A stretch of DNA of 64,000 bases from an uncultured Acidimicrobiia bacterium (GCA_966252305.1 CBINOO010000001.1:203289-267288); one strand, 5' to 3'. Shown: positions 1-10,142, numbered from the stretch's first letter. Notes: generated by a model from the sequence alone, not told the origin. Program-made: numbers and translations.

Positions 1-432
1 ACCCTCCACAGGAGACCAGATCGCCACCGCGCCTTTGGTCACCGGCGTGTCGCTCACCAGCACACCGCCGACCTTGAGCAGGCCGACAGGCTCGCCGTTG
101 TTGACGTTGAAGAAGCCGGCATTCACGGCAGCCACTGCACCTGCCCGCTGGGCCATCGGGAGTACCTGCTCGGCGTACATGACCTGTTCATTCGACAGCA
201 GGCTCGACAGACGGACGCGAAGGGGATCGAGTTTGAGCAGCGAGACGCTGACGGCACTGGGCGGGTCCACCAGCGTGCTGTCGGTGGAGGTGTAGAACAT
301 GACCCCGGGGGCCACCTCGCTCCCGGTGCTGAGCCAGCGTTCGTCCGGCGGCTCCGAGACCGAACAGGCCGCAAGCACCACCGCGACCAGGGCCGCACAC
401 ACGAACCGCCGAAGCTGAAGGGCGGGCAGCAT
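1..432 (-). CDS. phosphodiester glycosidase (DUF2233/NAGPA-like) family lipoprotein, 5' part only (continues beyond left edge)
   Basis: Not in the ORF track because its stop lies outside the window. Hand translation of the minus strand from ATG 430-432 is open down to base 1. It gives MLPALQLRRFVCAALVAVVLAACS (lipobox LAAC) and later AVNAGFFNVNNGEPVGLLKVGGVLVSD, the pattern I associate with this family. Confidence 0.55.
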   Translation of the reverse strand, partial: MLPALQLRRFVCAALVAVVLAACSVSEPPDERWLSTGSEVAPGVMFYTSTDSTLVDPPSAVSVSLLKLDPLRVRLSSLLSNEQVMYAEQVLPMAQRAGAVAAVNAGFFNVNNGEPVGLLKVGGVLVSDTPVTKGAVAIWSPVEG

Positions 433-454
433 TCGGTCTATTCTTTCACGCGTG

Positions 455-1498
455 ATGCATCGCCGCACCTTTCTCACTGCTGCTGCAGCCCCACTCCTCC
501 TTCCGGCATCAGGTTTCGCGCCACTTGGGCAGCCCCAGGGAATGCCTGCCGTCAAACCGCCCAGATTGCGGGAGGGTGACGCCGTCGGACTGGTGACGCC
601 TGCAACCGCGATGTACCAGCAGGAAGAGGTCGACATCGCACGGGAATCGCTGGAAGGCCTCGGCCTCAAGGTCATCGTGGGCCAGCACGTACGCGACCGG
701 CACGGGTCACTCGGAGGCCAGGACAAGGACCGGGCGGCCGACATCAATCGCTTTTTCGGCGACCGGTCCATCAAGGCCGTCCTGCCAACGCGCGGCGGCT
801 GGGGCACCTCGCGACTGTTGCCCATGCTGGACTTCGACCTGATCCGCCGCAACCCCAAGGTGCTGATGGGCTACTCCGACATCACGGCCCTGCTCAACGG
901 CATCCACGCGCGCACGGGCCTCGTCACGTTTCACGGTCCGAATGCCAACGGCCGCTGGGACGAGTTCTCGACCAACTACGCGCGGCGCGTGCTCTTCAAC
1001 GGCGAGGCCGTCACGTTCGAGAATCCGAAAGACACCAGCGATCGGAACATCCTGACGCAGACCGAAAACCGCATCCGCACCATCACACCTGGGCAGGCCA
1101 CGGGCACGCTTCTGGGCGGCAACCTCACCGTACTCACCGCCATACTCGGCTCACCCTACGTCCCGGCATTTGACGATGCGATTCTGTTTCTCGAGGACGT
1201 CGGCGAAGACTGGTACCGCGTCGACCGGATGATGACGTCGCTCAAGCTGGCGGGCATCCTCGGCAAGATCCGCGGATTCATCTTCGGCACGTGCAGCGAA
1301 TGCAGCCCCGGCGAAGGCTTCGCCTCACTGACGCCCGAGGAGATCTTCCGCGACCACGTCGAACCGCTCAAAGTGCCGGCGTGGAGCGGCGCGATGATTG
1401 GCCACGCCCAGCCACAGTGGACGCTCCCGGTCGGGGCCCGCGTCACCATCGACGCGAACAAGGGCACCGTGACGATGGCCGAAGCCGCCGTCTCGTAG
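455..1498 (+). CDS. LD-carboxypeptidase (peptidase S66 family), exported
   Basis: ORF 452..1498; ATG at 455 directly follows GTG at 452. N-terminus MHRRTFLTAAAAPLLLPASG looks like a Tat/Sec signal. S66 catalytic contexts are present: GYSDITAL (Ser), LFLEDVGE (Glu), MIGHA (His). Confidence 0.85.
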   Translation: MHRRTFLTAAAAPLLLPASGFAPLGQPQGMPAVKPPRLREGDAVGLVTPATAMYQQEEVDIARESLEGLGLKVIVGQHVRDRHGSLGGQDKDRAADINRFFGDRSIKAVLPTRGGWGTSRLLPMLDFDLIRRNPKVLMGYSDITALLNGIHARTGLVTFHGPNANGRWDEFSTNYARRVLFNGEAVTFENPKDTSDRNILTQTENRIRTITPGQATGTLLGGNLTVLTAILGSPYVPAFDDAILFLEDVGEDWYRVDRMMTSLKLAGILGKIRGFIFGTCSECSPGEGFASLTPEEIFRDHVEPLKVPAWSGAMIGHAQPQWTLPVGARVTIDANKGTVTMAEAAVS

Positions 1499-1508
1499 CG
1501 CCAGGCGC

Positions 1509-3935
1509 CTAGGTTCGCAGCGCGACGATGGGATCGACCTTCGACGCGCGTCGCGAAGGAACCCACGCAGCAATCAGCCCGATCACAACGAGCAGGGCGC
1601 CGGTGGCCACGTACACAACTGGATCACCAGGCTCGACCTGAAAGAGGAACGCCGCCACCAGTCGCGACAACGCGAGGGCGCCGATCAGGCCGACCGCAAG
1701 CCCGACCCCGACATACGTCATCGCGCGCACCAGCATCATGCCGAGCACACGCGAGGGCTGCGCGCCCAGCGCCATGCGCACGCCGATCTCCTGTGTGCGC
1801 TGTTCAACGACGTAGGCCATCACGCCGTAAATGCCCACAGCAGTGATGACGATGCCAAGCACACCGAAGATGGACAGCAGCATCGCGTTGAAACGGCGTT
1901 CCCAGATCAGCCGCTCATAGTGCTTCTCCATCGTCTCGACCTCGCCAAGGATGAGGTCGGGTGCAAGCTCACGAATCGCCGCGAACACGGCCGGCGCTGC
2001 GGCGACCGGATCCCCGGCCGTCTTGATGACGAGGTCCGCGCCGAACATCTGCTTTGGTTCAAACGGCCGGTACGCCTCAGGCCGGGTTTCGGTTTCCGGG
2101 CCACCAAGGCGGACACTCGCGACGACGCCGACGACGGTGCGGTCGCCGTTGACGCTGATGCGCGCCCCGAGAGGATCGCGGTCGCCAAAGTAGCGCTTCG
2201 CGGCCACGTCGTTGAGGACGATGACACGTTCGCCGGTGCGGTCACGATCGTCGAGGAGGCGCCCGGACAACAGGCGAATCTGCATCACATCGAAGTAGCT
2301 GGGGGAGACCTCGCGAATATCGACCGAATCCTCTTCGTCGAATTCACGATCGACGCCAGGTATCTTCACGCTCGTACGGCTCCAGCTGCCTGAGAGTGGA
2401 AGGCCGTTCGAGATGGCCCCGACTTTGAGCACGCCGGGCAGTGCGGACACGCGTTCGATGGCTTGTGGCACCAGTTGCTCGGCTCTCGCCATGCCCGCCT
2501 CGCGCTGGGCCGGATCGCTGAACTGGAATGGAGGATACACAGGCACAGCCAGGACGTTGCGGTAGTCGAGGCCGACATCGATGCTGATCAGCCGCGCGAA
2601 GCTGGCGAGGAACAGTCCTGCGCCGACCAGCAGAATGACGGCAAGCGCGACTTCGGACATGACCAGCAGCGAGCGCAGCCGCTGCTTCACGGTGCCGGCC
2701 GTGTTGGCGCGCCCTCCGTCACGCAGCGCGTTGGTGAGATTCGGCCGTGTGAGCTGCAGCGCGGGAGCCAGTCCACACACCACGGCCGTGCCCACCATGG
2801 CACACGCTGCGGCCAGAAGCACCCGTGCGTCGAGACCGATATCCCTCACGCGAGGGAGGTTCGCCGGCATTGCGGACTTGAGGGCCGCGATCCCCCAGGT
2901 CGCGACAACCACGCCGAGCACAGTGCCAATCGCGCAAAGAACAAGACTCTCGATCAGGAAGCCTCGCGCAATCTGCCAGCGCGACGCGCCAAGCGCGGCG
3001 CGCACGCTGACGTCACGTGTGCGGGCTGTCGCCCTCGCGAGGTAGAGGTTTGCCACGTTCACACAGGCGATCAGCAGCACGAACGTGACGGCCCCGAGCA
3101 ACATGAGCATCCATCCGCGAACGCGCCCGATGAGGGAGGCATGGAGGGACTCGACCTTGACCGCGCGTTGTGGATTCCACTTCGGGAAGCGCTCCTGCAC
3201 CCCCTTCTGGATGGCGGTCATTTCCTGCTGGGCCACCTCCACGGAAACGCCCGGCTTGAGGCGGCCGATCATGCTCAGGCCGTAGTTTCGACTGTTGCCG
3301 CGTTGCTTCTGACTCTCCGGCACGACGTACGGCACCCACATGTCCTGGGAGCGCGCGGCGCCGATCGGGTATTCGAACGCCTCGGGCATCACACCCACGA
3401 TCTGCCAGGCGCCCGTGTCGAAGTTGATCGTCGTACCGACGACGCCGGGGTCGCCGTTGAATCGCCGCTGCCAGAAGCCGTGCGAGAGCAGCGCCACCCG
3501 GTGATTGCCGTCAACCTCATTGGAGGCGGAAAACAGTTGCCCAAGCTGCGGCCGCACGCGCAGCACCGAGAACAGATTGGCCGTCACCTGATTGACTCGC
3601 AGCCGCTCGGGATAACCGTTGTCACGCAGCGTGAAGTTGCCACCACCACCGACGGCGGCCAACGCCTCAAAGCTGGTCTGGGCGGCAGCCCAGTCGGCAT
3701 AGTCAGGCGCGGTGGTGTGCCCACCCACAAAGCCATCCGGGCGCTGATCAACGTCGAGCACGCGCACCAGACGGTCGGGCTCGTCAAACGGGACGTTGCG
3801 CAGGACCACGGCATCCACGACCGAAAAGATGGCGGTCGTGGCGCCGATGCCGAGCGTCAGCACGACAAGAGCAACAACGGTGAACGACGGAGCCGCACGA
3901 AGCGAACGAACAGCGTTGATCAAATCGGCGCGCAT
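1509..3935 (-). CDS. ABC transporter permease, MacB/FtsX-like duplicated 'ADOP' family
   Basis: 808 aa. Family-typical start MRADLINAVRSLRAAPSFTVVALVVLTLGIGATTAIFSVVDAVVLRNVPF. Two FtsX-type membrane modules are separated by large soluble domains. Confidence 0.85.
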   Translation of the reverse strand: MRADLINAVRSLRAAPSFTVVALVVLTLGIGATTAIFSVVDAVVLRNVPFDEPDRLVRVLDVDQRPDGFVGGHTTAPDYADWAAAQTSFEALAAVGGGGNFTLRDNGYPERLRVNQVTANLFSVLRVRPQLGQLFSASNEVDGNHRVALLSHGFWQRRFNGDPGVVGTTINFDTGAWQIVGVMPEAFEYPIGAARSQDMWVPYVVPESQKQRGNSRNYGLSMIGRLKPGVSVEVAQQEMTAIQKGVQERFPKWNPQRAVKVESLHASLIGRVRGWMLMLLGAVTFVLLIACVNVANLYLARATARTRDVSVRAALGASRWQIARGFLIESLVLCAIGTVLGVVVATWGIAALKSAMPANLPRVRDIGLDARVLLAAACAMVGTAVVCGLAPALQLTRPNLTNALRDGGRANTAGTVKQRLRSLLVMSEVALAVILLVGAGLFLASFARLISIDVGLDYRNVLAVPVYPPFQFSDPAQREAGMARAEQLVPQAIERVSALPGVLKVGAISNGLPLSGSWSRTSVKIPGVDREFDEEDSVDIREVSPSYFDVMQIRLLSGRLLDDRDRTGERVIVLNDVAAKRYFGDRDPLGARISVNGDRTVVGVVASVRLGGPETETRPEAYRPFEPKQMFGADLVIKTAGDPVAAAPAVFAAIRELAPDLILGEVETMEKHYERLIWERRFNAMLLSIFGVLGIVITAVGIYGVMAYVVEQRTQEIGVRMALGAQPSRVLGMMLVRAMTYVGVGLAVGLIGALALSRLVAAFLFQVEPGDPVVYVATGALLVVIGLIAAWVPSRRASKVDPIVALRT

Positions 3936-3976
3936 GGGCCATTTGACGGCCTGACGGCCGTATCAGTTGGGCGTCT

Positions 3977-6133
3977 TCAGCGAATGACGACGCGAGTCAC
4001 GACCGCGCCCTCGGTCAGCACGTCGAGATGCTCCATCCCCGCAGTCACGCGGGCGAACACGGTGTAGTCGTGGTTGAGCCTCGGCACGTCGACAAGATCG
4101 AAGAAGATCTGCGTATCCCCGGTGTCATATCCCCGAGTGGAAATTCCCACGGCGCCGCGCAGGTGGGACGCCAGTGTCGACTCGTCACGCATGAATCGGG
4201 CATCGCCCATGTACTCGTTGGCGCCAGGACTCAATCCCTGCACGACGAAGTTGGGCACGACGCGGTGGAACGTCAGGCCGTCATAGGCGCCGGACCGTGC
4301 TCGCGAGACAAAACGCCATACGGTGAGCGGCGCATCGCTGGTCAGCAAGTCCATCGTGATCACGTTGCCGGAGGCCAGCACGAGGTCGGCCTGCTTGACG
4401 GTTGATACGGCCCGCAGTTCATCCGCCGTGGGCTGCAACGGATAACGGAATTGAACCGGACGCGCGGGGATTTCTGCCTTGGCGTCTGCGAACGCCTTGC
4501 GAGCCGCAGCCCGCACCGCTGGATCCCAGTCGCTTGTCCATTCGGCGAGCTCGCCGACACGCCCGGCACCAAGCAGCTCGGCCAGGCGCTCAACGATGGC
4601 CACCCGCGGATCGCGCGAGGTATCCGCGCCTTCAGCGGTCAGCCGGCGCAGGCTCGTCAACAGGGACGGCACGGCGGTGTCATTGGTCGAGCCTGCCAAT
4701 GCGCGCGCCGCGGCACGCACCAGCTGGAAATCTGAAGACTCAAGGGCCGGGATGGCCACAGCCGATACGTCCGGAGATTTCATCCGAACGAGAGCATCGA
4801 TCGCAGCAGTCCTGACGTTTGGATCACGGTCACCAGCAAGCGCCCTGGCGACGGCAGCCTCGGACACCACACCTGCGGCCGTCGCGGCTGTCGCCCGCAC
4901 CTGCCACACCGCATGCGCCTGGGCCGCGACCAGGCGCGACTTCGCTTCGGCCGGCGCCAGCCGGGCCAACGTTGTCAATGCACGCGCGGGCTTGTGCCAG
5001 TTCGTCTGGCCGGCGGCCGTCAGGCGGTCCGCTTCTGCCGTGAGCAGGGACACAATCGCCGGCAGGTCGCGGCAACCGGATGTCAACGCGCCGATCGCCG
5101 CCAGCGCAACGGGCAGCGCCGGATCGGGGGCGGCCTTCACGAGCGGAGCGCAGTCGTTGATGGTCTGCAGTCCGCGCGCAAACGCCGTCACGGCGTCGAT
5201 GCGCACGTGCAGCTGCGGATCTCCCAGCAGGGCAAGCACTGACGGGCGCAACTGGGCAATTGACGGGTTCATCATGCCGACGGCCACACGGCGCACCTGC
5301 CAATCCGCATCCGACGCACTTTCGATCATCGTCGTCACGTCGTTGTCGCGGGCCGCCTGCAGCGCAAGCATCGCCGCACGTCGAACGAGAATCAGCGTGG
5401 CCGCCGACGGTCGGGTGGAGCCCCGGCCAAGCGTGGAGACGTCACGCAGCCGCACACGGGCGTCCTCGGTGAGCGGGCGACGCCGGTTTCGGTCGGCCAG
5501 CGCGCGGAGGCCTTCGGCGGCACCAAGAAGACGCTCGGGTGAACCGGCCGTGTGTTCGACCATCCAGGCCTCCACCGACGGCAGGTCCTCTTCACCATGT
5601 CTCAGCCATCCCATGGTCGCGAGGATCACCCCGGCGACCTCGTCGTCTGTCTCCTTGTCGAACCTGGCCACAAGCGCATCACGCCCCGCACGCACCTGCG
5701 CCGGTGTCAGAGGTGGATCCGTCCGGAGATCACTGCGCAACCCTGACAGCGACTGCCCGATGGCATTGGCGGCCACCTTTCGCACGGCCGGCGACGGATC
5801 GTCCAGCTTGGGCGCCAGCAGACTGAGCATCGACGGCGACGCCATCTGACCAACGCCCTGCACAGCCAGGCGTCGGATCTCCTCGGTCGTCGACGCCAGT
5901 GCCTGCACGATCAGCGCGCGGTCTCGTTCTTCCTGGTGCGGTGGCCCATGGTCTCCGTCCGGACACGGCGAGAACAATCGACGGTCGATGGCCAGCAGCA
6001 GCGTTTCACGTGTGAGCCGCTCGGGTGCGTTGGTCGTCCGGTCGGCGCCACAGGTCTCGATGGCCGCCGGTGCCTGGGTGGGCGTTGCCTGCAGCCACAC
6101 CAGGGCCAGCGTGTTCAGGAGTGTCAGAAGCAT
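3977..6133 (-). CDS. exported HEAT-repeat protein with C-terminal cyclophilin-type peptidyl-prolyl isomerase domain
   Basis: Signal-like N-terminus MLLTLLNTLALVWLQATPTQAPA. Repeated D(P/W)xxxVR(xxA) HEAT units (DPSPAVRKVAANAIG, DADWQVRRVAVGMM, DRDPNVRTAAIDALV, DWDPAVRAAARKAF). C-terminus FHRVVPNFVVQG...DTQIFFD...TVFARV resembles cyclophilin FHR(I/V)IPGFMxQGG...SQFFI...VFG. Confidence 0.75.
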   Translation of the reverse strand: MLLTLLNTLALVWLQATPTQAPAAIETCGADRTTNAPERLTRETLLLAIDRRLFSPCPDGDHGPPHQEERDRALIVQALASTTEEIRRLAVQGVGQMASPSMLSLLAPKLDDPSPAVRKVAANAIGQSLSGLRSDLRTDPPLTPAQVRAGRDALVARFDKETDDEVAGVILATMGWLRHGEEDLPSVEAWMVEHTAGSPERLLGAAEGLRALADRNRRRPLTEDARVRLRDVSTLGRGSTRPSAATLILVRRAAMLALQAARDNDVTTMIESASDADWQVRRVAVGMMNPSIAQLRPSVLALLGDPQLHVRIDAVTAFARGLQTINDCAPLVKAAPDPALPVALAAIGALTSGCRDLPAIVSLLTAEADRLTAAGQTNWHKPARALTTLARLAPAEAKSRLVAAQAHAVWQVRATAATAAGVVSEAAVARALAGDRDPNVRTAAIDALVRMKSPDVSAVAIPALESSDFQLVRAAARALAGSTNDTAVPSLLTSLRRLTAEGADTSRDPRVAIVERLAELLGAGRVGELAEWTSDWDPAVRAAARKAFADAKAEIPARPVQFRYPLQPTADELRAVSTVKQADLVLASGNVITMDLLTSDAPLTVWRFVSRARSGAYDGLTFHRVVPNFVVQGLSPGANEYMGDARFMRDESTLASHLRGAVGISTRGYDTGDTQIFFDLVDVPRLNHDYTVFARVTAGMEHLDVLTEGAVVTRVVIR

Positions 6134-6144
6134 GTGGAGGAATC

Positions 6145-8415
6145 CTACCTCCGTATGGGCGGTGCGGAGAGGAGGGGCGGAATGCCGGGCGGCAGGGCGC
6201 AGCGCTCTCGAAGCGCGGCTGGCGCGTCCACGGTGGCGCGCGTCACCGTCGCGCCTTCATCAACCGGCCTGAATCCAACAATCTGGCCGAGAGTTGTTTC
6301 CTGTCGAATCCGCGACGGGTTCGACTCCAGACGAATCGCGAACCGGCCGTCGAGTTCATCGCGATCGTGCCCAAGCAGAACCAGGTGCGGTCCAAGGTAC
6401 TCTCCTCCAACCTCGTCGCGGATGAAGCGGCTGAGCCCGCCCTCGTCGTGTCCACTGCGGTTGCCACCAACCACAAGCCGATCCGTCACCCGATACAAGG
6501 TCGTGTTCGCCAGCTGGTTGCTGTTCGCCAGCATGACGAACCGTGCGGACGCGAGAGGGGCGCGGCGACGGTCGAGCACGACGGTCCAGGTTCCGGCGCC
6601 TTCGACGTCGAGAGTGACGCAGGGCGGCAGCGCCCTCAACTGCGCGATGGTCGGCTGCTGCGGACGCACACGGGTCGGCCTGGCGGGAACGTGCTGGCCG
6701 GACAACCGACTGGCCAGCACTGCCGCCCGCTCGGCGACCTTTGGATCAGAGTCGGTTGCGAGGCGCGCGATCGGGTCCGTCCAGCGCTCCACCTCGGCTG
6801 CGGTCGACACTGACTTCAGCAGTGCGTCAAGTGTGTCGAGAATCGCAATGCGGACTCGACGGTTGGTATCCCGATCCTCGGCGGTCAGATCGGCAAGCGC
6901 AAACATCAAGGGCTCCAGCGCTTCCTGTGGCGCCGGAATGGCCCTTAAGAAGGTCGCGGCCGTCATCCGGACGTACGGGTCCGGAAAAGCGAGGAGATCG
7001 ATGGCCTGAGCCCAACGGTCCCCTGCGCCGATGGCAAACATCGCCTTCAGCGCTTCGGCTTTGACCACCGGGTGCGTCCCCAGCATCAACCGCGAGAGAG
7101 TCTTCTGGTCCTTCAGGGCTTGTGCGGCACGTACGGCCCCGACGCGCACCTCCCACCTCGGATGAACCGCGGCAACCTCGCTGACGATGGTGCGCAGCGC
7201 ATCCGGCGGGTTCTTGTACGTCGCGAGCGTTTCCATCGCCGTTCTCGGAATCAACCACGTCGTGCTGTTCGTGGAACTGACCAGCTCACTCGCGAGGTTC
7301 AGCAGGTGCGTGGCTGGGTCCCATTCGCCACATGCTTCATGGTTCGTCTTCCCCTCGCGCATGGACGCAACGACGTCCCGCTCGCCAGGTGTGCCGTCGG
7401 CCAGCTCGAGCAGGCGGCAGATGGGCACGGACGAGCCACGGGTGAGTTTGCGAACAGCTGCGTCGGACACCACCGGCTCAGACCTGCGACGCGCAACGTC
7501 TTCAAGGACGGCCGCATGGCGCTCGTTCGAAGGACTCAGCCACTCCACGCCAAACAATCGAATCTCTTCTCCACACCGGGCGTTCTTCCTGCAGGAGAAT
7601 CGCGCCGCCAACTCAGCCAGCTCCGCATCGTCGGTCCGGATGTCCCTGGCGATCTTCAAGAACGCGAGGGTGGGACCACGTTGCACAGAACCAACCACAA
7701 CCTCGTCGTCACCTGAGCGCAGACCGGTTTCTGCCAGTCTGACGATGGTGGCCTCTGTGCGGGCCGACACGCGCCGCTCCGCGCTGCGACGCACCATGCG
7801 CCCCAGGGCCGCCAGCGCCTGCAGGCGCAGAGGACGGTCGTACTCGATTTCGTCCATCCACTCCTGTTCGAGTCGACCAGCGAGATACTCCGGCATGGGA
7901 AGCTCAGCGAGCGCCTCCCACAGGTAGGTGCGACTGTTCTGAGGGGTCTCGCGGATGAGCCGCTCTTCGAGCGCGCTCACCGCCGCCTGCGTGTCAACGT
8001 CGGGATGACCGACGGTGGACTGCACGATGGCGTCGGCCGAGGCCTGCCGCACGAGGAGCCGCGTGTCGTGCAGGTGCGCGGCAAGGAACGGAATGTTCTG
8101 CGGAGTCTCGAAGCGACCCAGTTCACGGATCGCTGTGACGCGCACGTCGAGATCGGGATGCGCGGCGGCAGCGAGAAGCAGGTCCAGATCACTCGCGCGG
8201 TTATGGGCGCCTGTGGCAGCCTGACTGTCGTCGAGCGTCGAAACCGTGGGATACCAGCGATCCGCCCTGATTCTGTCCGCCGCAAGGAGAACGTCGTAGA
8301 TGGTGACGGCGGGAATGGTGGGCGTGGCCGTCTGGAGGCCGCCTGACTGTTGAGCGGCCAGCAGTGTCGCCGCCATGGTTACGGCACAGGCCGCGCCCAC
8401 GGCGGCGCGAATCAC
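6145..8415 (-). CDS. paralogous exported HEAT-repeat protein with degenerate cyclophilin-like C-terminus
   Basis: ORF 6145..8532 trimmed to GTG 8413-8415, which overlaps the TGA (8412-8414) of the upstream M28 gene as GTGA. This start gives a signal peptide VIRAAVGAACAVTMAATLLAAQQ. HEAT units are present (HPDLDVRVTAIRELG, HPRWEVRVGAVRAAQ, FPDPYVRMTAATFL, DSDPKVAERAAVLA). C-terminus LYRVTDRLVVGGN...DGRFAIRL aligns to the cyclophilin core but lacks several key residues. Confidence 0.65.
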   Translation of the reverse strand: MIRAAVGAACAVTMAATLLAAQQSGGLQTATPTIPAVTIYDVLLAADRIRADRWYPTVSTLDDSQAATGAHNRASDLDLLLAAAAHPDLDVRVTAIRELGRFETPQNIPFLAAHLHDTRLLVRQASADAIVQSTVGHPDVDTQAAVSALEERLIRETPQNSRTYLWEALAELPMPEYLAGRLEQEWMDEIEYDRPLRLQALAALGRMVRRSAERRVSARTEATIVRLAETGLRSGDDEVVVGSVQRGPTLAFLKIARDIRTDDAELAELAARFSCRKNARCGEEIRLFGVEWLSPSNERHAAVLEDVARRRSEPVVSDAAVRKLTRGSSVPICRLLELADGTPGERDVVASMREGKTNHEACGEWDPATHLLNLASELVSSTNSTTWLIPRTAMETLATYKNPPDALRTIVSEVAAVHPRWEVRVGAVRAAQALKDQKTLSRLMLGTHPVVKAEALKAMFAIGAGDRWAQAIDLLAFPDPYVRMTAATFLRAIPAPQEALEPLMFALADLTAEDRDTNRRVRIAILDTLDALLKSVSTAAEVERWTDPIARLATDSDPKVAERAAVLASRLSGQHVPARPTRVRPQQPTIAQLRALPPCVTLDVEGAGTWTVVLDRRRAPLASARFVMLANSNQLANTTLYRVTDRLVVGGNRSGHDEGGLSRFIRDEVGGEYLGPHLVLLGHDRDELDGRFAIRLESNPSRIRQETTLGQIVGFRPVDEGATVTRATVDAPAALRERCALPPGIPPLLSAPPIRR

Positions 8416-10142
8416 CGGTTCGTCTCCGTCGCCCTGAACGGCGCAGCCAGGGCGTCGAGTTTCGCAATGAAGGCCGGCGACGGCTCGCCGACGAGCAGAC
8501 GACTCACACTGCGTACTGCTTCGGCCGACCATTGACGCCAGGCTGCGAGTGCTTCGGCGTGGTCCTTCAGTGTTGCGCCTTCACGGCGTTCAATGGCCAC
8601 TCGTGCCTCACCGGCCCGGGCCACCAACTCAGCCACCTGCAACGCCATCGTTTCGTCAGACGATGCGAGGGCCCAGGCGGTCGTGGCCACGGCGACGCCA
8701 ACGTTACGCATCTCGGCTGCGCTGGTCTTGTCGGGTGTGTCCAGGTTCGTGTGGTAGTAGCGGTCCGTGAAGTGCCAGTTGAGCAGCGAGGGAATGCCTG
8801 CCTGGCCGAAAACGGTGTGGTCGCTGCCGCCTTCATACGGGTTTGTCCGCACGTCCCACCCGCTACGCTCGGCCACGCGCGCGCACACGGCGAGGTGCAG
8901 GTCGTTGAGCAGGTCGCCTTTGAGCGATTCCTTGCGGACGTTGCCCGCGCCCCATTCCGAATGCGGGTCCCAGGAGCGACCCCACACCGCACCTGGATCG
9001 GGCCAGCGTTCAATCAGGAACGAACCGCCGGTCCTGGTGACGTCTTCGCCGGTCATGTCCATCGAAAACATGTACTTCACGCCCGGCACATCGGCTGCGT
9101 GGCGCTGCAGCCAGGCACGGCTGCCGCTGATCTCGTTGAGCCAGAGGAACGTGATCGTCCTGGCCGGACGCGGAATCGTGCCGGCTTCAACGGCGGTCGT
9201 CAGCGCCCGCGCGAGTTCCTGCAGTGTGGCCACGCCGCTGGCGTTGTCGTTCGCGCCGGGCTCCTGCACATGCGCGGCAATCACAATCCGCTCGCTGGGG
9301 TGTGTGGCGCCTCGAATTTCGTGCACCAGCGTGCGCTCCGGCTTTTCCGCAAAACTGCTGACCACTTCCACGCGCACACGCTGCGGCCCCTGTTTCAACG
9401 CCTCACGAAGCGTGACGTTGGCACGGCGCGACGCCTTGAAGCCAAAGGCCTTGCGCTCGGGGTCGCGTGGAATGCTGCCCCACTGCAACACGTCAGGATC
9501 GTCGCTGATGTAGCCGGCGATGGCGGTGGAGACGACACCGAGCGCGCCACGCTGGACAACCGCCTGGCGGAACAAGCCGCCGAGATCGCTGTCGCCAATG
9601 ACGACGGCGCCTTTGACGTCTTTGCCCTCGAAATCCGAGGCCTGGCCGCGACCGACGTCGATCAATGGCGCCTCGACCGGCCCGTCGGTCGAATAGGAGT
9701 TGATCGCGAGGGCGACTCGTTCGTTCTCGCGAGACAGCACGACGAGATCGGGCTGGCCCGCACGGACAAGCGACAACGAGCCGACCGAGTGGCTCCACCC
9801 TGGACTCGGGCCATCCGCAGTCTCGACGCGCGTGGCGGCGACCGACGCGTCGGCCGTGCGCACGCGGGCCATCACGCGGTCCATCGTTGCGTCGTACCCT
9901 TCATTGCCGGCCAGACGCCAGTAGCGCGAGGCAAACTCCACCGTCGCCATCGACTCGGTCAGGCTGAAGCGTTCCCAGACCTGGTCGATCACCGGCTGCA
10001 GACGGCGCGCCAGCGGCGCAGGCAAGGCACGCGCCGCCGCCAGCTCTGCGCGAATACGCGGTTCAGAATCCTGCGCCGATTGCGCGATCCCGACGCCGGC
10101 AGTACCCGCGATTATCAGTGCAACGATCCCCGCTCGCCCCAT
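8412..10142 (-). CDS. M28 family metallopeptidase (aminopeptidase with PA-like insert), exported
   Basis: Signal peptide MGRAGIVALIIAGTAGVGIAQSAQ. Motif contexts HVQEPGANDNASGVATLQELARAL and GGSDHTVFGQAGIPSLL...FTDRYYHTNLDTPDK are typical of M28. Confidence 0.85.
   Translation of the reverse strand: MGRAGIVALIIAGTAGVGIAQSAQDSEPRIRAELAAARALPAPLARRLQPVIDQVWERFSLTESMATVEFASRYWRLAGNEGYDATMDRVMARVRTADASVAATRVETADGPSPGWSHSVGSLSLVRAGQPDLVVLSRENERVALAINSYSTDGPVEAPLIDVGRGQASDFEGKDVKGAVVIGDSDLGGLFRQAVVQRGALGVVSTAIAGYISDDPDVLQWGSIPRDPERKAFGFKASRRANVTLREALKQGPQRVRVEVVSSFAEKPERTLVHEIRGATHPSERIVIAAHVQEPGANDNASGVATLQELARALTTAVEAGTIPRPARTITFLWLNEISGSRAWLQRHAADVPGVKYMFSMDMTGEDVTRTGGSFLIERWPDPGAVWGRSWDPHSEWGAGNVRKESLKGDLLNDLHLAVCARVAERSGWDVRTNPYEGGSDHTVFGQAGIPSLLNWHFTDRYYHTNLDTPDKTSAAEMRNVGVAVATTAWALASSDETMALQVAELVARAGEARVAIERREGATLKDHAEALAAWRQWSAEAVRSVSRLLVGEPSPAFIAKLDALAAPFRATETNR

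Noticed and set aside
2463-4067. 534-aa plus-strand ORF (and 4479..5849 and 5936..7009 on the plus strand)
   Set aside because: These are antisense shadows of the ADOP permease and the HEAT/cyclophilin-like genes. They have Arg/Ala/Ser-rich composition, no recognisable motifs, and start/stop positions that do not fit neighbouring genes.
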